Positions 1 through 8,715 of a stretch of 64,000 nucleotides of DNA are shown one piece after another. Made by a program: the position numbers and the translations under genes. The DNA comes from Candidatus Hydrogenedentota bacterium (lineage in GTDB: Bacteria; Hydrogenedentota; Hydrogenedentia; Hydrogenedentales; SLHB01). Each line of letters opens with the position of its first letter. Position 1 is the stretch's first letter. The notes beneath the pieces are model-generated. The model ran no database searches. It had not been told where the DNA came from and saw nothing but the letters and a program-made list of their open reading frames with translations. Location: NCBI GenBank assembly GCA_963668025.2, contig CAXXTH010000017.1, positions 1,472,001-1,536,000 of the forward strand, read 5' to 3'.

Positions 1-270
1 CACGACACCATCGAAGAGGTGGATGCCTATCTGCGGTCCCGCGCTACGCCGGAATTGGATCAGTGGCAGGTGCAAGTTCTTGTTCAAGTGCGCAAGCGTT
101 GCGCGGTGGATATATATTCGATGCTTCCCACGGAGGATGTGGTGGCATGCAAGTTAAATCCCGTGGCGGACTTGGCGCAAGCCGTGCGGGCGCGAATCGA
201 GGAAGTGGGAAAAGGCGCGCCAGTCGCGGTGCTGCCCGATGGCCCCATCACCATCTCTTATATTGAATAG
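1..270 (+). CDS. C-terminal part of a probable LarA-family (nickel-dependent lactate racemase-like) protein, truncated by the window start
   Basis: Frame is open from base 1; the DQWQVQ...VAVLPDGP motifs resemble LarA C-termini. Confidence 0.55.
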   Translation, partial: HDTIEEVDAYLRSRATPELDQWQVQVLVQVRKRCAVDIYSMLPTEDVVACKLNPVADLAQAVRARIEEVGKGAPVAVLPDGPITISYIE

Positions 271-375
271 ACCGGGAACCCCAAACCGGGACCCAAAACC
301 CGACTGTTTACCTTCTTCCATTCTTTTGATAGAATCGCTTCAGAAAGCCCGCATGGGAATTAAAGGAGCTTGGAT

Positions 376-1059
376 ATGATGAGAAGTGTTTTGGCGTGTG
401 TATTCGCTGGGTGCCTGGTTGTTGTGTTGGCGGGTTGCCCGCCGGTGAACAGCGGAACCGCTTCGCTGCGGGTGATCCAGGCCAGCCCTGACGCCGTTTC
501 CACGGACGTGGCGGTGAACCGGGTGTGTGTATTTCAGGATTTGGCCTTTGGCTCGGTCACGTCGTATACCGATCTTCAGAGCGGATTCTACGAAGTGAAT
601 TTCCTGCCCCAAGGAAGCGATTGCTACGAGGACCCCTATCTTGCGGGGGCCTATTTTTCGACTGCCGTCGCGCTGACCGATGGCGACCAAGTCACGATGG
701 TGTCCATGGGTAAAAAAGCGGATATGTTTCCGCTTGTGCTGGGAGGCGTTTCCTCGACGCCTGCGGCGGGCAAGGCGCTGCTGCGCGTGGTTCATGCCAG
801 CCCCGACATGCCTAAAGTGGATGTCACGCAAATGAACGGCGGCATGCTTTTCAATGATGTGGCGTTTGAAGATGTGACGGACGTTGTTGAATTGGCTGCT
901 GGAACCTATACCTTGCAAGTGCGCAACGAAACGAGCGCTTCGCTGTATCTCGCGGTTCCAGATGTCTTCCTTGCCTCGGGGCGCGTCTATACCGCCTATG
1001 TGATCGGCCTCAAAAGCGGCGCGCCCGCTTTACAGGTGATGCTGGTCGAAGAGAATTGA
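376..1059 (+). CDS. DUF4397-domain lipoprotein
   Basis: Lipobox VLAGC; two copies of LRV(I/V)(Q/H)ASPD.P.VDV; AAGGAG upstream of ATG 376. Confidence 0.8.
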   Translation: MMRSVLACVFAGCLVVVLAGCPPVNSGTASLRVIQASPDAVSTDVAVNRVCVFQDLAFGSVTSYTDLQSGFYEVNFLPQGSDCYEDPYLAGAYFSTAVALTDGDQVTMVSMGKKADMFPLVLGGVSSTPAAGKALLRVVHASPDMPKVDVTQMNGGMLFNDVAFEDVTDVVELAAGTYTLQVRNETSASLYLAVPDVFLASGRVYTAYVIGLKSGAPALQVMLVEEN

Positions 1060-1073
1060 TTTCTTGATCCGTT

Positions 1074-1107
1074 AGGCAAGGGGCGCTGGCTCCTTGCCTT
1101 TTTTTTT
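1074..1107 (+). terminator. Rho-independent terminator
   Basis: AGGCAAGG...CCTTGCCT stem followed by a T run. Confidence 0.75.
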
Positions 1108-1156
1108 GAGCCATCGGCACGATGTTCGATAGGCTTATACGGCGGAGGGGGGGGGA

Positions 1157-2119
1157 GTGAGCATGACGCCACGGGAACGTTTTATCGCCGCGCTCGAACG
1201 CCGCTCTATCACCGGGCGTGCGCCTCATTTTGAATTGGTGTTTTTCCTCACGATGGAGGCCTTCGGCAAGGTGCATCCATGCCACCGGAATTACTACCAA
1301 TGGGACCAGATGTCGGAAAACGAACGCAGGCTCCAGCGCGAGGATATGGCGGACATTTACATCGCCACCGCCAAACGGTACGAGCATAGCGCTATCTTTA
1401 TCCACCCGAATCCCAACAGGGAAGACGAGGCGATGCGCCTCATTGAGGCTATCCGCGACAAAACGGGCGATACCTATTTCCTCATGATGCATGGCGACGC
1501 CACCTACTCGGTGCCCACGGGTGACGATATGATGGCGCAAGTCACGTGGTTCTACGAGCATATGGACGAAGCCAAAGAACAGGCCCAGCGAAATGTGGAC
1601 GCCATGCTCGCCGCCGCGGAGCGTTATGCGCGCCATGGCGGCCTGGACGGCTGGGCGCTTTGTTCCGATTATTGCTTCAACGATAATCCTTTTCTGAGCC
1701 CGGACATGTTCGCGGAGATCATCGCGCCGTATTTGACGCAGCTCATCGCGGGTGAACGCGAACTCGGGTTTTACGTCATCAAGCACACCGACGGCAATAT
1801 CATGCCCATCATCGAGCAACTCGTTGCGGCCAACCCCCATGCGCTCCATTCGCTTGATCCGCAAGGAGGCGTGGATATCGCCGAAGTGAAGCGGCGCTAT
1901 GGCGGCCAGGTTTGCCTAATCGGCAATGTGAATTGCGGGCAGCTCCAATCAGGTACGGAAGAAGAGGTGATCGGCTCCGCGCGCTACTGTATCCGCCACG
2001 GCATGCCCGGCGGCGGCTACATCTTTTCGACCAGCAACTGCGCCTATACGGGCTTGGCCCTCGAACGCTATGAACTCATGTGGAGAGTCTGGCATGAAGA
2101 GGCCATTTATCCCGAATAA
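1157..2119 (+). CDS. Uroporphyrinogen decarboxylase / MtaA-CmuA family protein
   Basis: MTPRER N-terminus, KHTDGNI, LIGNVNC and GGGYIFSTSN motifs. Confidence 0.8.
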   Translation: MSMTPRERFIAALERRSITGRAPHFELVFFLTMEAFGKVHPCHRNYYQWDQMSENERRLQREDMADIYIATAKRYEHSAIFIHPNPNREDEAMRLIEAIRDKTGDTYFLMMHGDATYSVPTGDDMMAQVTWFYEHMDEAKEQAQRNVDAMLAAAERYARHGGLDGWALCSDYCFNDNPFLSPDMFAEIIAPYLTQLIAGERELGFYVIKHTDGNIMPIIEQLVAANPHALHSLDPQGGVDIAEVKRRYGGQVCLIGNVNCGQLQSGTEEEVIGSARYCIRHGMPGGGYIFSTSNCAYTGLALERYELMWRVWHEEAIYPE

Positions 2120-2130
2120 GGGACGGCGCG

Positions 2131-3864
2131 CTATGCATGGCGCGGCGGACGGGTGGGCAGGTGGCGATAGGGCTCGGTCTCGGCGATAAGCTCGCCGTAA
2201 TACGCGCCATTGCGGCATCGCAGGCGCACGCGGCGGTGGCAAACCATGCAGGCGATCTCGGCATCCGGTTGAGCCGGTTCGGGAATGAGGATATAGGTGC
2301 TGCAAAACGGGCAGGCGATGCTGTGGCCGTTTTGCTCGAAGTAGTTCTGCCGGATATTGTCGATGGAGCCGCCGCGCAGGCATGCTTCCAGGGCCGCGAT
2401 GCATCCCGGGTCAAATTGCGCGCCGCTCATGTTCCGAATCCGGGCGATGGCCTCCTCCGGATCGAGGCCCTTGCGGTAAGGCCGGTTGCTCGTCATGGCG
2501 TCATATGTGTCCGCCACGGCGATGATCCGGCCTTCCATCGGGATCTCTTCCCCGGCAAGCCCGTATGGATATCCTTGCCCATCCCATCGTTCATGATGGT
2601 ATAAGGCGTATGGAATGAGGGGAACTAGGAAATCCACATCCCTCATAAGGCGCGCACCCCGTTCCGGATGAACCTGCATCATGGCGTATTCTTCCTGGTC
2701 CAAGCCATCGGGTTTGCACAGGATCGAGCCGTCGATAGCGATTTTGCCCACATCATGCAGCACACCGCCCATGCGGCATTCCGCGATCTTGGCCTCATCC
2801 CATCCCATCTCGCGGGCGATAGCCATGGCGAATTGCGCCACCCGCCAGGCATGGCCCACGGTGTAATGATCCCGCATCTCGACGGCGTTCGCGAGCACGA
2901 TCAGGGTGTCTTGATAGCTTTTTTCGACGCGGGCGAGGTATTGGGCGTTTCGTATGGCCGTGGCCGACGCCAGAGACAACGCCACCAGTAATTCGAGGTC
3001 GCTTTCCGTGAATGCCCGGGCGAGGCCGCGCGCATCCACATACAGCGCACCCAGAATCTCGCCCTGATGCTCGAACGGCGCGCACATGGCCGAGGTGATA
3101 TTTTGAACAATAATGCTCCCGCCTTTGCCAAAGCGTGCGTCCGTGGCGGCGTCGTCCGTGATGACCGCTTCGCCCCGCTCGACTACGCGCTGCACAATGG
3201 ATGAACTCACCTTCATTTCATGGTCAGTGGGTTCGGCCCGGATACACACTTTTTCGAGGCGGCCGCTTCCGGGTTCTTTCAATAGAATCGCGCCATTATG
3301 GGCGGGGACCAGCCGGAAAACCTGATCGAGCACCCGCTCGAGCAATTGCTTCAAATCCCGCTCGCTCGATATAATCTGGGCTGATTCGTACACAGCGGCC
3401 AGCCGCCGCTGGGCGTCCCTCAATTGCGCTGCCGTCACATTGTTTCGCTGGCTCGTGTCGAAGAAGGTTTTGTATACGCTCGAGGCGGCCGCCGCACGTA
3501 TGGCATGGCCTTCTTCCGTCTCGAAAACAGCGCCTGACACAGGCGGTGTGGATTCGATATGCGCCGGATGGATGAGTTCAAACCGAATACGCGTATCGCC
3601 AATGGCGATGACATCTCCATCCGCCAGGCGGCTTTCGACTACTTGCCTTCCGCCTACGAAGGTGCCGTTTCCGCTGCCGAGGTCGCGCAAAAAGGTGCCC
3701 GAGGGCGTTTGGCGGATCATGGCGTGGCGGCGCGACACCTGGATATCGTTAAGCTGCACACTATTCTCGCGGCTGCGGCCAATCGTGGCCGCACCCGCCA
3801 GCTCTACGATTTGGCCTTGCTGGCCGCCGGAGAGAATGACAAGGCGTTCTGCTCTCATACGCAT
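2131..3864 (-). CDS. FHA-GAF-HD-GYP c-di-GMP phosphodiesterase with a C-terminal zinc ribbon
   Basis: FHA (IGR..VSRRHA..DLGSGNGT); GAF (SAMCAP..GALYVD); HD-GYP (HDVGK, HHERWDGQGYP); CPFC..CMVC; likely start 3864 (ORF extends to 3963). Confidence 0.9.
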   Translation of the reverse strand: MRMRAERLVILSGGQQGQIVELAGAATIGRSRENSVQLNDIQVSRRHAMIRQTPSGTFLRDLGSGNGTFVGGRQVVESRLADGDVIAIGDTRIRFELIHPAHIESTPPVSGAVFETEEGHAIRAAAASSVYKTFFDTSQRNNVTAAQLRDAQRRLAAVYESAQIISSERDLKQLLERVLDQVFRLVPAHNGAILLKEPGSGRLEKVCIRAEPTDHEMKVSSSIVQRVVERGEAVITDDAATDARFGKGGSIIVQNITSAMCAPFEHQGEILGALYVDARGLARAFTESDLELLVALSLASATAIRNAQYLARVEKSYQDTLIVLANAVEMRDHYTVGHAWRVAQFAMAIAREMGWDEAKIAECRMGGVLHDVGKIAIDGSILCKPDGLDQEEYAMMQVHPERGARLMRDVDFLVPLIPYALYHHERWDGQGYPYGLAGEEIPMEGRIIAVADTYDAMTSNRPYRKGLDPEEAIARIRNMSGAQFDPGCIAALEACLRGGSIDNIRQNYFEQNGHSIACPFCSTYILIPEPAQPDAEIACMVCHRRVRLRCRNGAYYGELIAETEPYRHLPTRPPRHA

Positions 3865-4066
3865 CCCGCTATTGGGACGGACAATGCCGCCGGTTGAATT
3901 CGGGATTTTAAAAGGATCCGCACATTTCACCGTTCCCGATTCCCCGCAATCGTAACACACCACAAGCAGATGCGCAACAGCACGGCATTTTGGAAATGAG
4001 GAAGAGTTGTAATACCATATTTTGTGTCAACAATATCCTCCTACCCCCACAAATTGTAATTTTATC

Positions 4067-4095
4067 TTGACAGCCCACAAGCGGTAGTTTAGAAT
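4067..4095 (+). promoter_or_regulatory. Sigma70-type promoter of the ExeA/secretin/Wzc operon
   Basis: TTGACA-17 bp-TAGAAT. Confidence 0.75.
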
Positions 4096-4200
4096 AGTTC
4101 TACGATTAGCAAGAGTTTAATTAATATCGGTACTCTGATATAGAGTACGCCGCATGCATCAGCCATTTTGGGGGAGGCTTGTGCTTGAGACTCCATCTCG

Positions 4201-5400
4201 ATGGATGGCCGCTTGTTGCGGGATATTCAGGGCATTGAAGAGTGGATTGGCAGCATGAGGCGTTCCCCTTACGAGGCGGACGCAATACATGGATGGACCT
4301 ATTTTGCAAAGGAGGCCCTCGTGGGAGCCACACAGCCGATACCGTGGGAAGAGCGCCATACGCAGGCCAGCGCGAATGAATCCACCGACCTAGTGCTGCG
4401 TTATTTCGGCTTGCAGGAACAGCCTTTCGCCGCGACCGCGGATCCGGCGTACTTTTTTGCCGCGCGCCAGCATAAGGAATGCCTGTTCCGTTTATGGCAC
4501 TCCATTGATGAGCGCCATGGCATCACCGTGGTGTTGGGCAATTACGGCACGGGAAAAACCACCTTATTGCGCAAGCTCCTCACGGGTATGAGCGCCCAGC
4601 CGGAAAAATACAACACGGCGGTCATCGGCTCGCCTATTCCTTCCTGGACCAGTTTCTCGCTTCTTGAGAGCATCGTGAATAAATTCCAGTTACACCCGAA
4701 AGAGCGCTCGTTCGTGGAGTTCATGGAATCTTTAAACCGGTATCTGTTAAGCCGCCGGGACCGCATCACCACCTTAATCATTGATGACGCCCAGAACTTG
4801 AATAAACGCGGGCAGCTTGAATTGCTGCGCTTAGCCCAGAATCTCGAGACGCCCCAGCATAAGCTTCTCAATTTGGTATTTTTTGCGCAGCTCGAATGGA
4901 TGAACATCCTGCGCGCCGCCCCCAATTTCTACCAGCGGGTTAGCTTAACTTACACACTTGACGCATTGAGCCCGGCGGATGTGGCGGAGCTTATTGAGTT
5001 CCGGTTGCGCATGGCTGGCGGCGGCGACCGGGCGCCGCGTTTTGATGAAGGGGCTATTCACGCCATATATGCATATAGCGATGGCAGCCCGCGCGTAGTG
5101 GTCACGATGTGCCGGAATGCCCTGATTCTGGCCGCCCAGTTGCGTACGCGCCTCATTGGGCAAACAGTGATTTTGCACACGATACAGAAGACCACCTTGC
5201 CAGACCAGGAGAAGCAGGAACGAGTGGCTCAAGCTCTCGCGGCGCATCAACAGCCTGTGGCGGCGCCGGTCGCCTTTGAACAAGTTCCAGAACGAGGCGC
5301 GGGAGTAGCAGTTCAATCCAATCGAGCCCGGGCAAGCCGCATGCTGTTGAAAGCCGCCCGGGCAGGCATGGACCAGCATTTGCCAAAGGGAGATCAATGA
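4201..5400 (+). CDS. ExeA/GspA-family AAA+ ATPase
   Basis: YFGLQEQPF..TADP.YFF; Walker A GNYGTGKTT; Walker B IIDDAQNL; S.G.PR motif. Confidence 0.88.
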   Translation: MDGRLLRDIQGIEEWIGSMRRSPYEADAIHGWTYFAKEALVGATQPIPWEERHTQASANESTDLVLRYFGLQEQPFAATADPAYFFAARQHKECLFRLWHSIDERHGITVVLGNYGTGKTTLLRKLLTGMSAQPEKYNTAVIGSPIPSWTSFSLLESIVNKFQLHPKERSFVEFMESLNRYLLSRRDRITTLIIDDAQNLNKRGQLELLRLAQNLETPQHKLLNLVFFAQLEWMNILRAAPNFYQRVSLTYTLDALSPADVAELIEFRLRMAGGGDRAPRFDEGAIHAIYAYSDGSPRVVVTMCRNALILAAQLRTRLIGQTVILHTIQKTTLPDQEKQERVAQALAAHQQPVAAPVAFEQVPERGAGVAVQSNRARASRMLLKAARAGMDQHLPKGDQ

Positions 5401-7076
5401 CGCCGGACGAAACAGAAGATCCCGGCCTTGATGATGGCCTGCTAGAGGAACTGGACGAGATTGACGAGCATTTCGCCGCCAATATCGACGAGGATGAGCG
5501 CATCTCGAGCGGCGTGCCGAAAAGCCAGCGCTCGGGCGATATCGATTTCATCCAAATGACGGGCCTCACCAATCCGGAAACCGCCATGGAAGCGGAATTA
5601 GCGGATATTGACCCCGCAAATCCCCTCAGTTTCTACGAAAGAGGCGTCGCGGATGTGGATGTTTCGATGGCGCCTGGCGTGCTGGGAAACGCCAGTGACG
5701 CTGATGCGGAAATAATCCCCGCACCGTCGCGCCCACCCAAATCGCAGGACATGCGCGCCATGCTCTCCAAAAAACGGGAGATGCAAGAAACGTCCCAACC
5801 GAGTAAAAACGTCGCTTCTAACGAAGTGAAGCCGAATCGTTCGTTCATGCGCCCCGAGGCCGAGAAGCCTCGTCCAGAGCCTCAAGCTCCCGTTTCACCG
5901 CCGCCGGAAGCGGTTGCGCCTCCGGTTGCGAGAGAACCTGTTCCGGAGCGCCCTGCGGCAAGGCCGATGGAAACCGCTGCACAGCGGCGGGCCGAGTATC
6001 CGGCATACCGCCCAGATTATTCCGGTGACGAAGAAAGTTGGAGTCCCAGCGTTTCGGAAGAGCCGGAAAAGAAGCCGGGCTCGAGTTCCCACCACAGGCG
6101 TCGCAGTGGCGGCCGCCAATCACGTAAAATCCGCCGGATTATGATGGCGTTCGCATTGTTGTGTGTGATGCTTGCGGCGCTGTACCTGGCATTCGAGGCG
6201 CTTAAGCTTCATCTTTCATCTCCCGAAGAGCAGTTCCGCGAAGCGGCTCGCGTGGAGGCGCAAGGCGATTATATTGGCGCAGCCCAGCGGTTCAAGAGTT
6301 TTTACGACCGCTTCTCGACGCATCCGCTAAAGGCCGAAGCCTTGTTCCGCGCCGCCTTTTTGTACCAGGCTTCGCCGAAGGAGGGGGGAGCCCAGCCGCA
6401 ACGATATTATGAAGAGTCGAAGATTCTCTTCGATAAATATATACAGGAATTTCCCGCTGCTCCCAATATGCCTCGAGTACGCACGCTCATGGGCATACTC
6501 GATTATCGGCTTGGAATGTATCGGGAAGCTATAGATCAATTAAGCGATCCCAAGCTTCGGAGCGAAGATCCTGGGGCGGATTTAGCTATTTTGCGCGTGC
6601 TTGGGCGGGCATATGCCGCGATTGGGCAATATCTGGAAGCACACAGCAGTTTCTTGCAGGCGGCTTCGACGAATGGAAACTTGGCACCGGATTTGGATTA
6701 CCAAGAACTCGGCAGCATGTATATGGCCATGGCTTCGAATGCGAAATCAGGAAGCGAGGCAAATACATACAAGGAAAAAGCAATCGAATTTCTAAAACGC
6801 GCGGCCGATTGCCCAACGATCACTGCGGCGAATCAGCAAGAGATCAAGGGCAAGCTGGAGCAGATTGAAGGCAAGCCCGAAAAGCCGGATGAAGCGCCCG
6901 TTAGCGCGTCGAATGCGCCCGCCCAAGCGCCGGAGAACGCGAATCCTGCGCCTCCGCCCGTGGATACGAGCATGGAGAGCGGTAAAGCTGCGTCGGCAGT
7001 GGCTGCGGATGCCGCATCCACTGCGCCTAGCGCGCCTCCGGCTGAGGCGGCGCCCGTGAAGCCGCAAACGCCATAA
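5397..7076 (+). CDS. Single-pass membrane protein with an acidic/Pro-rich N-terminus and a periplasmic TPR domain
   Basis: Hydrophobic helix IMMAFALLCVMLAALYLAF; TPR-like repeats (F..FYDRFSTHPLKAEALF; YIQEFPAAP); ATGA overlap with the upstream gene. Confidence 0.75.
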   Translation: MTPDETEDPGLDDGLLEELDEIDEHFAANIDEDERISSGVPKSQRSGDIDFIQMTGLTNPETAMEAELADIDPANPLSFYERGVADVDVSMAPGVLGNASDADAEIIPAPSRPPKSQDMRAMLSKKREMQETSQPSKNVASNEVKPNRSFMRPEAEKPRPEPQAPVSPPPEAVAPPVAREPVPERPAARPMETAAQRRAEYPAYRPDYSGDEESWSPSVSEEPEKKPGSSSHHRRRSGGRQSRKIRRIMMAFALLCVMLAALYLAFEALKLHLSSPEEQFREAARVEAQGDYIGAAQRFKSFYDRFSTHPLKAEALFRAAFLYQASPKEGGAQPQRYYEESKILFDKYIQEFPAAPNMPRVRTLMGILDYRLGMYREAIDQLSDPKLRSEDPGADLAILRVLGRAYAAIGQYLEAHSSFLQAASTNGNLAPDLDYQELGSMYMAMASNAKSGSEANTYKEKAIEFLKRAADCPTITAANQQEIKGKLEQIEGKPEKPDEAPVSASNAPAQAPENANPAPPPVDTSMESGKAASAVAADAASTAPSAPPAEAAPVKPQTP

Positions 7077-7123
7077 CACTACGGCTGGGCTTATCCTGAA
7101 GGGATGGGCACAGGGAGAGGGAA

Positions 7124-8707
7124 ATGATGTCCCGCACGACACGACGGAGAATTTGGAAGCCTATGGGGCCGATGCAGCGTTTTGCAGCAGTGGTTGTGGG
7201 CTGCCTATTATCGCTTGGGGTATTTGCACAAGAGCAAACAGTCCGGCCTCAAGATTCAACGGCCAGGGAAAATGTCATCGCGCCGCGCGAGGAAGCGCCC
7301 GTAGCGAAAACGACACTCAATGCCGGAGATTTGGTGTTTGTGGACATCGCACGGCACCCGGAATTGTCCACCAGCACGCAGATCGATACGGGCGGAAGCA
7401 TTGTGCTGCCCCATGTGGGCCCGGTAAAAATCGGGGGCATGTCGGAGACGGAGGCGCAAGATGCCATCGCAACGTCGCTGCTGCGCATTTTGCGCCAGAA
7501 GCCGCAAGTGATGCTTTCCCGCAACGCCCCGGCGGTAACCGCCAATAATTTCCGCACTTCCGAGATGACGACCGAATTAATCCCGCTGCAGAACGCCAAT
7601 GCGGAAAATCTCGCCAATGCGCTCCAAGGCATGACCAGCGCGGGCGGCAATATCAGTTATGATCCCGATACGTATACGCTCATTATTACAGATACGCCGG
7701 AGACCGTGCGCAATATCATGAGTGTTGTCAATCGCCTTGACAATATGAAGAGCCTTGTCACGCAAGTGCGGATCGAGGCCAAGATTGCCGAAGTGAAAGT
7801 AAACGCCATGAAAGAACTGGGCGTTAAGTGGTTTGCTCAAGGCGATGAAGCCGGGGGCGGGTATTATCCCACGGGCGTGCAAGGCACCGGCTTGCAAAAT
7901 TTGCTCGGTACCGCGTCCGATGCGAACGCCAACGAGCAAGTCAATTTGGGCGGTGGCGGGACAGGCGGCGGCCGTTCATATGTCGAAGAAGGGCTGTTTG
8001 ACCGGCGCGTAGTGCTGCCGGTAAATGTAGGCCAGCCAGGCCAGTTTTTCTTTGGGCTTTTGAATTCGGATATCGATCTGGGCATATTGCTGAATGCGCT
8101 TGTGGCGAATGATGAAGCGGAAATCCTGGCGAATCCGAGTATTTTGGCGGTGAATCACACCAAGGCGCAAATCCGCAGCACCGAACGCTTTCCGTTCACC
8201 GAATATGGCGTGTCGGATGGGCGCGACACGTTCGGCACCAGTTTCCTCGATCTCGGGATCAAGCTGATGGTGACGCCCCATGTGCGCACCGATGATAAAG
8301 GCATTTATGTGAACCTCGAACTCGAACCCGAGGTGTCGTATCCTACGGGCAACGCCGAAGGCGTGCCCACCTATTCCGTGCGTAGTTCAAAAAACATCGC
8401 GAATGTGCGTGACAGTCAAACGCTTGTTATTGGGGGTATTTACCGCAACCAGCAGCGCAATGTGGACTCTGGTTTGCCTGGACTGCGCAAGGCTCCGATA
8501 ATCGGCCATCTGTTCTCTCATGTCGAAAAAGAGCAAAATCAGACGGAGTTGATGGTTTTCGTTACGCCGACGGTGCATGACAGCCCGGAGACGGTCACCT
8601 GGGATCGAATGTTGGATATACAAAGCGCAAGCAATGCGCCTAGCGCGAGCAGTGTGCTGAAACCGGTTCCCACTCGAGCCGTTTTACCCGAGACTCGCAA
8701 GGAGTAA
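7124..8707 (+). CDS. Poly_export (Wza/OPX) domain fused to a secretin (N-domain + secretin core)
   Basis: Signal peptide; LNAGDLVFVDI..HPELS..IDTGGSIVLPHVGPVKIGGMS (PES-like); Secretin_N ELIPLQNANA..LIITDT; QVRIEAKIAEV..ELGVKW; GIKLMVTPHV; TLVIGGI..LPGL..PIIGHLFS..TELMVFVTPTV. Confidence 0.85.
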   Translation: MMSRTTRRRIWKPMGPMQRFAAVVVGCLLSLGVFAQEQTVRPQDSTARENVIAPREEAPVAKTTLNAGDLVFVDIARHPELSTSTQIDTGGSIVLPHVGPVKIGGMSETEAQDAIATSLLRILRQKPQVMLSRNAPAVTANNFRTSEMTTELIPLQNANAENLANALQGMTSAGGNISYDPDTYTLIITDTPETVRNIMSVVNRLDNMKSLVTQVRIEAKIAEVKVNAMKELGVKWFAQGDEAGGGYYPTGVQGTGLQNLLGTASDANANEQVNLGGGGTGGGRSYVEEGLFDRRVVLPVNVGQPGQFFFGLLNSDIDLGILLNALVANDEAEILANPSILAVNHTKAQIRSTERFPFTEYGVSDGRDTFGTSFLDLGIKLMVTPHVRTDDKGIYVNLELEPEVSYPTGNAEGVPTYSVRSSKNIANVRDSQTLVIGGIYRNQQRNVDSGLPGLRKAPIIGHLFSHVEKEQNQTELMVFVTPTVHDSPETVTWDRMLDIQSASNAPSASSVLKPVPTRAVLPETRKE

Positions 8708-8715
8708 GTGCTTCG

